Notes under the pieces: generated by a model
Told to the model about the DNA's origin: nothing
Seen by the model: the letters and a program-made list of their open reading frames with translations, nothing else
Database searches by the model: none
Translations under genes and position numbers: made by a program
Shown here: in pieces, positions 59,965 through 64,000 of the stretch
How positions within the stretch are numbered: the first letter of the stretch is position 1
How the letters are laid out: each line of letters starts with the position of its first letter
Assembly (NCBI GenBank): GCA_963666205.1
Contig: OY762654.1
Span: forward strand, 1,120,001 to 1,184,000
Direction of reading: 5' to 3'
Source: Synergistales bacterium
GTDB taxonomy: Bacteria > Synergistota > Synergistia > Synergistales > JAFGMB01
Length of the DNA: 64,000 nt

Positions 59965-61173
59965 ATGAACCATTTTATCAAAGTTACAGAAGATACATAC
60001 TGGCTTGGCGTCAACGATCACCAGACAGACCTGTTCGAATCCCTCTGGCCCCTGCCAAAGGGTGTAACCTATAATTCTTACCTGATCAAAGATGAAAAGT
60101 CCGTTCTGATAGATACCGTCAAGGCTCCCTATCTCACTGACCTGATCGACAAGATCAAGGCCATACTCGGGAAGGATGGTAAACTGGATTACCTGGTCGT
60201 AAACCATATGGAACCAGACCATTCCGGTGCTATAAAAATCCTCAGGTGTGTTTTTCCTGAACTGAAGATCGTAGGAAATTCACAGACAAAGGGCATGCTT
60301 GAAAGTTTCTACGGGATCTGTGATGACCTTGTAATAGTCAAGGATGGAGACAGCCTTGGCCTTGGTAAGCACAAACTCTCCTTCCATCTTGTACCTATGG
60401 TTCACTGGCCTGAAACCATGGTTACATATGACAGTACCACCCGGACCCTTTTCTCATGTGATGCCTTCGGCGGCTTCGGCAGCCTTGACGGAGGGATCTT
60501 CGACGATGAACTTGACATGACCTACTATGAGGATGAAGTGCTCCGTTACTTCTCCAACATCGTAGGCCGATACAGTGCCCAGGTCCAGAAGGCCATAAAC
60601 AAGCTCCAGGGCCTTGATATAGGGATAGTAGCTCCATCCCATGGGCCGATACACCGCAAGAACCCCGGAAGAATAATCGACCTCTACGATAGATGGAGCA
60701 GGCAGGAAACGGAATGCGGTGCCGTTGTGGTTTTTGGATCCATGTACGGCAACACCCAGAAAATGGCCGATGCTGTTGCCCGGGCCCTCGCCGAGGAAGG
60801 GATAGAAAAACTTGTCTATCATGATATCTCCAGAAGCCATGCATCCTACGTTGTCAAGGATATATGGAAAATGAGAGGGCTCGTTCTTGCAAGCTGTACA
60901 TATAACACAACACTGTTCCCGCCAATGGCGGAACTTCTGAACCACCTCAGGAACAAAATGATGAAGGGGCGAATGATAGGGATCCTTGGTTCATACAGCT
61001 GGAGTAAAGGAGCACTCCAGGCACTTGAGGAGTTTGCCTCTTCCGGGAATTGGGATCTGATCAAACCCATGGTGGAAGTAAAATCCTCTCCCTTCGACGA
61101 AGATATCTCAAAATGCATGGAACTTGGAAGAAATATGGCAGAAAAGATGAAACTCTGCTACGTGAAGGAATGA
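59965..61173 (+). CDS. fprA: Flavodiiron protein (FprA, A-type flavoprotein)
   Basis: HMEPDHSG, HWPET, CDAFG, PSHG; flavodoxin SMYGNT. Confidence 0.95.
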   Translation: MNHFIKVTEDTYWLGVNDHQTDLFESLWPLPKGVTYNSYLIKDEKSVLIDTVKAPYLTDLIDKIKAILGKDGKLDYLVVNHMEPDHSGAIKILRCVFPELKIVGNSQTKGMLESFYGICDDLVIVKDGDSLGLGKHKLSFHLVPMVHWPETMVTYDSTTRTLFSCDAFGGFGSLDGGIFDDELDMTYYEDEVLRYFSNIVGRYSAQVQKAINKLQGLDIGIVAPSHGPIHRKNPGRIIDLYDRWSRQETECGAVVVFGSMYGNTQKMADAVARALAEEGIEKLVYHDISRSHASYVVKDIWKMRGLVLASCTYNTTLFPPMAELLNHLRNKMMKGRMIGILGSYSWSKGALQALEEFASSGNWDLIKPMVEVKSSPFDEDISKCMELGRNMAEKMKLCYVKE

Positions 61174-61194
61174 ACTGACCGGGAAGAAAAGATA

Positions 61195-61246
61195 AGGCAG
61201 GGGTAGTGGGAAAATGTCAACCCGATCCCGGTCCCTGCCTTTTTTA
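61195..61246 (+). terminator. Possible terminator after fprA
   Basis: aggcaggg ... ccctgcct with large loop, followed by T run. Confidence 0.5.
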
Positions 61247-61265
61247 TTTCCCAGGGTCTATATTT

Positions 61266-61964
61266 TCATAAAAGTCCAGACATTGGTGCAATGACTTTCT
61301 CGGCAATTTCCCAATCCAGGGGAGTGGTAATTTTTATGTCGAAGGGTTCCGTATAGATCGCTTCTATTTTGTATTCAGCGTTTACTACCACCTGACCAAG
61401 GGACTGAAATTCTTTTCCCTCCTCAAGAGTTTTTTCCAGAGCTTTTTCCAGTATCTCACGTCTGAAAACCTGGGGAGTTCTTGAAAGCACAGATATTTCC
61501 TTCGGATGATATTGGCTTACTGTTTCATTTTCCAATAAACCCAAAGGCAGGTTGGAAGGACAGAAAGAACTGGCTGCTCCGCTTAAGATAGCCCTTTCAG
61601 TAACCTGTAAAAATGTTTCCCTCTTTGTAAAAGGACTTGCCACATCGTGGACAAGAACATATTCTTCGCGACAGTGTTTAAAGAGAAGACAAACTGTCTG
61701 CTGCCTCGTCTTTCCCCCTTCATAACACTCAGCTCTTCCATCAAGGATACTTTCAAAATAATCAACCATGCCTTCAGGTGCTCCCACTATTATCCTTGGA
61801 ACAATTTGTCCCAGTTTTTCTACTACTATCTCCAGAAGTGTTTTTTCTCCAAGCTTCAGTAAAGCCTTCGGACCATTACCCAATCTGATACCAATGCCTG
61901 CTGCAGGAACCATTGCCACCATATCCACATGAGAAATGTTCGCATCGATAACCATTAAATTCAC
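61266..61964 (-). CDS. IspD/TarI family cytidylyltransferase (divergent)
   Basis: AAGIGIRL...PK, GGKTRQ, VHD, TPQVF, KITTPLD. Confidence 0.85.
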   Translation of the reverse strand: MNLMVIDANISHVDMVAMVPAAGIGIRLGNGPKALLKLGEKTLLEIVVEKLGQIVPRIIVGAPEGMVDYFESILDGRAECYEGGKTRQQTVCLLFKHCREEYVLVHDVASPFTKRETFLQVTERAILSGAASSFCPSNLPLGLLENETVSQYHPKEISVLSRTPQVFRREILEKALEKTLEEGKEFQSLGQVVVNAEYKIEAIYTEPFDIKITTPLDWEIAEKVIAPMSGLL

Positions 61965-62020
61965 TCCGATTCTTTATTGACCTGAATTAAAAGATAGTAA
62001 ACCGTGGATCTCACAGGTTT

Positions 62021-63112
62021 CTATTCTTTTAAAATACTATAGCGGGGGTTGCACTTAAGGATCAGGCTGTGGAGGTAGCCCTGGATCTTCTTTTTCCGCC
62101 ATATTCTATTAACAGAAGTTCTTTGATCTGTTTCGGGTACCAAAAGGTTTTTTAAAAGAAAAGATATCCTTTCACAAACACGACCATCGAAGGAGTTACC
62201 CAGATATCTCTGTCGATATAGAAGCCTTTCCCTGTGCTTGAGTAATGGTTTTGAAATATTAAGTTTTAAAGCCATTATCAGCCCATCCAGATCTTCAACC
62301 TCACTCCCCATGCTCCGGCTTGTCCACTCCGGGGCCTGTGGATCATATTTAGGATCCTTAAAACGTCCAGGATTGTTTACCAGGATGAGAGGCCTGTCCA
62401 AAACCAGGAATGGGAACATTACTGAAGATGCATCCGTTATAAGGATATCTCCATCGATCATTATTTCGTAAAAATCCTCATCCGGCTCAAGGAAGCGAAT
62501 TCTCTGATCAGATTCTGCCTCTATTTTCCAGGAGTTTATCCATTCAGGATGAACAGATTTTATCAGGGGATGGGGCTTGATAAGAATGTTCAAGTCAGGA
62601 AAATGCGCCCGTACCTGTTTTATCCAGGAATCACCAAGTACCGGTTCTGCAGCCATGTTCTGATCAAAGGTAGGAGCATACAGGATAGCATTCTGCCTTT
62701 TATCAGGGCTGACTTTACGACTGTTTCTGAATACGGTATCCATTGGGGGAAATCCTGTAACCCAGAAGTCTATTCGGGGTGAATGTCCTCTCTGAATAAA
62801 AAAATCTTTAAACCACTCACTTGAAAGACAGGCAATATCACAGCGCTCAAGACATTCATGACTCCAGTTCTTGGTAGAAAAACCGTGTCTGGTCCATATG
62901 ATAAAGGTGAAAGGAAGATATCTTCTGAAAACTTTATTACATTTGTCTGCAATAAAGAGCACTGAGGGTTTAAAGGCAATTATCTCTCTCGGATCATCAG
63001 ATATCAGGGATAGAAATTCTTCTTTTACTTCATTGTATATGGGTAAAAGCATATATTCATGAAAAGGCTTCTCGACGTAAAAAGCTATGCTGATATCTTC
63101 TCTTTCTCTCAC
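62021..63112 (-). CDS. CDP-glycerol glycerophosphotransferase (TagB/TagF-like) family protein
   Basis: HG, TGFPPMD, LYAPTF, KPHP, LITDASSV motifs. Confidence 0.85.
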   Translation of the reverse strand: MREREDISIAFYVEKPFHEYMLLPIYNEVKEEFLSLISDDPREIIAFKPSVLFIADKCNKVFRRYLPFTFIIWTRHGFSTKNWSHECLERCDIACLSSEWFKDFFIQRGHSPRIDFWVTGFPPMDTVFRNSRKVSPDKRQNAILYAPTFDQNMAAEPVLGDSWIKQVRAHFPDLNILIKPHPLIKSVHPEWINSWKIEAESDQRIRFLEPDEDFYEIMIDGDILITDASSVMFPFLVLDRPLILVNNPGRFKDPKYDPQAPEWTSRSMGSEVEDLDGLIMALKLNISKPLLKHRERLLYRQRYLGNSFDGRVCERISFLLKNLLVPETDQRTSVNRIWRKKKIQGYLHSLILKCNPRYSILKE

Positions 63113-63371
63113 TTCCAGATCCCCTTACTTAAGTATCGGATAAAATCGCTCTGATAACCCGAGAAGCTGCTTTTATCTCAGGGAAATGCCAACAGCAGAT
63201 ACCAGGAAACAGCAATACCGGTTCCTGTCGACTATCTGACATGTTCCTTCAACTTTTATTTATAACATATGGATGGGGAAATAGTGTTTCTTTAATACGA
63301 TGAGATCAAGACCGTATCAAAGGGAATACAGTTAAATAACGGGTGGACAGAAAAAATAATCAGAAATTCCT

Positions 63372-64000
63372 TCAATCTGATTTTTTCCTTTTCTCTACTA
63401 ATATACCAACCAACATAGACAACTCAAAGAGCAGGTACATGGGCAGGGCCAGAAGTACCTGGGACAGAATATCAGGAGGAGATAAAAGTGCACCCAGGAA
63501 GGCTACAAGAATTATAACTGGAGCCCTGATCCTGGATAATGACCTTGCAGTGGTAATGCCGGTTGATATTATTATAAAAACTATAAAAGGTATCTGAAAT
63601 ATCATGCCCCCTGCAAGCAGCAAGCCAGCCAGGAAGGAGAAATAAGACCCGAAACTCCACATAGGGAGGACATTATCCTCCCTCGAAAAATCCAGGAAGA
63701 AGCGGAAAACTCCTGGCGAGAGGACATACCATGAAAAAATGACTCCAAGAAATAACATTAAAGGTACCATTACCCCTCCAAGGAGCAGATATCTCCATTC
63801 CTTATTTTTCAGGCCGGGGGAAATAAACAGTCCTGTCTGCATGAGAGCAAAGGGGAGGGTAATGACACTCCCCGTAAGAACTGCGATCTTGAAATATGTC
63901 AGGAGTTTTTCATGGGGTCTGAAATAGTAGAGTTGAATATCATATCCAGCCAGGGGAAACTTGAGCAGATCAATGAATTTCCCCAGATTATAAAAGATCG
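63372..64000 (-). CDS. tatC: Twin-arginine translocase subunit TatC (5' part outside window)
   Basis: Frame open to the window edge; FISPGL...E, FQIP, SPPDILSQ, PMYLLFE. Confidence 0.92.
   Translation of the reverse strand, partial: IFYNLGKFIDLLKFPLAGYDIQLYYFRPHEKLLTYFKIAVLTGSVITLPFALMQTGLFISPGLKNKEWRYLLLGGVMVPLMLFLGVIFSWYVLSPGVFRFFLDFSREDNVLPMWSFGSYFSFLAGLLLAGGMIFQIPFIVFIIISTGITTARSLSRIRAPVIILVAFLGALLSPPDILSQVLLALPMYLLFELSMLVGILVEKRKKSD

Noticed and set aside
63113-63371. Possible structured leader RNA upstream of the TagF-like gene
   Set aside because: No known motif or convincing long stem recognised by eye
275-63927. Numerous antisense and alternate-frame ORFs in the track (e.g. 1419..2066+, 42722..43498+, 50059..50679+)
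   Set aside because: They overlap well-supported genes and lack motifs; treated as shadow ORFs
63842-64000. Possible frameshift or truncation in tatC because the ORF track starts at 63842
   Set aside because: The frame is open to the window edge (IFYNLGKFIDLLKFPLAG...VITLPFALMQ); the gene simply begins outside the window

Overview
A 64-kb chromosomal window from an anaerobic bacterium with an amino-acid-fermenting gene content. Synergistota-like affiliation is my inference from gene content only. Almost all genes are on the minus strand. I found no rRNA, tRNA, CRISPR array or transposase. Contents in order: an APC permease with four small membrane ORFs; a RpiR / aconitase X (large+small) / opine dehydrogenase / racemase-like / TRAP / USP cluster; polysaccharide deacetylase, ALDH, DUF1848 and nadE; a complete V/A-type ATPase operon in the unusual order D-G-C-I-K-F-E-A-B; a second C-N-bond catabolic locus (racemase-like protein, two saccharopine dehydrogenase-family genes, GntR, frameshifted YfcC transporter, decayed amidohydrolase copy, opine dehydrogenase, M20 amidohydrolase) with a recognisable operator motif; a c-di-GMP-I riboswitch plus terminator in front of a diguanylate cyclase; a second TRAP system followed by citC-citD-[GT9]-citX without citEF; a PAS kinase/NarL pair followed by four small ORFs and a stand-alone FtsH-like peptidase domain; an HxlR/nitroreductase/iron-sulfur flavoprotein/FprA redox cluster with a perfect 44-bp palindrome; an IspD/TarI-TagF-like pair; and partial tatC. 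The best candidate for an undescribed system is the aconitase X-opine dehydrogenase-racemase-TRAP pathway. Its racemase+opine dehydrogenase module recurs in the second locus. All product calls come from motif recognition by eye; no database searches were run.
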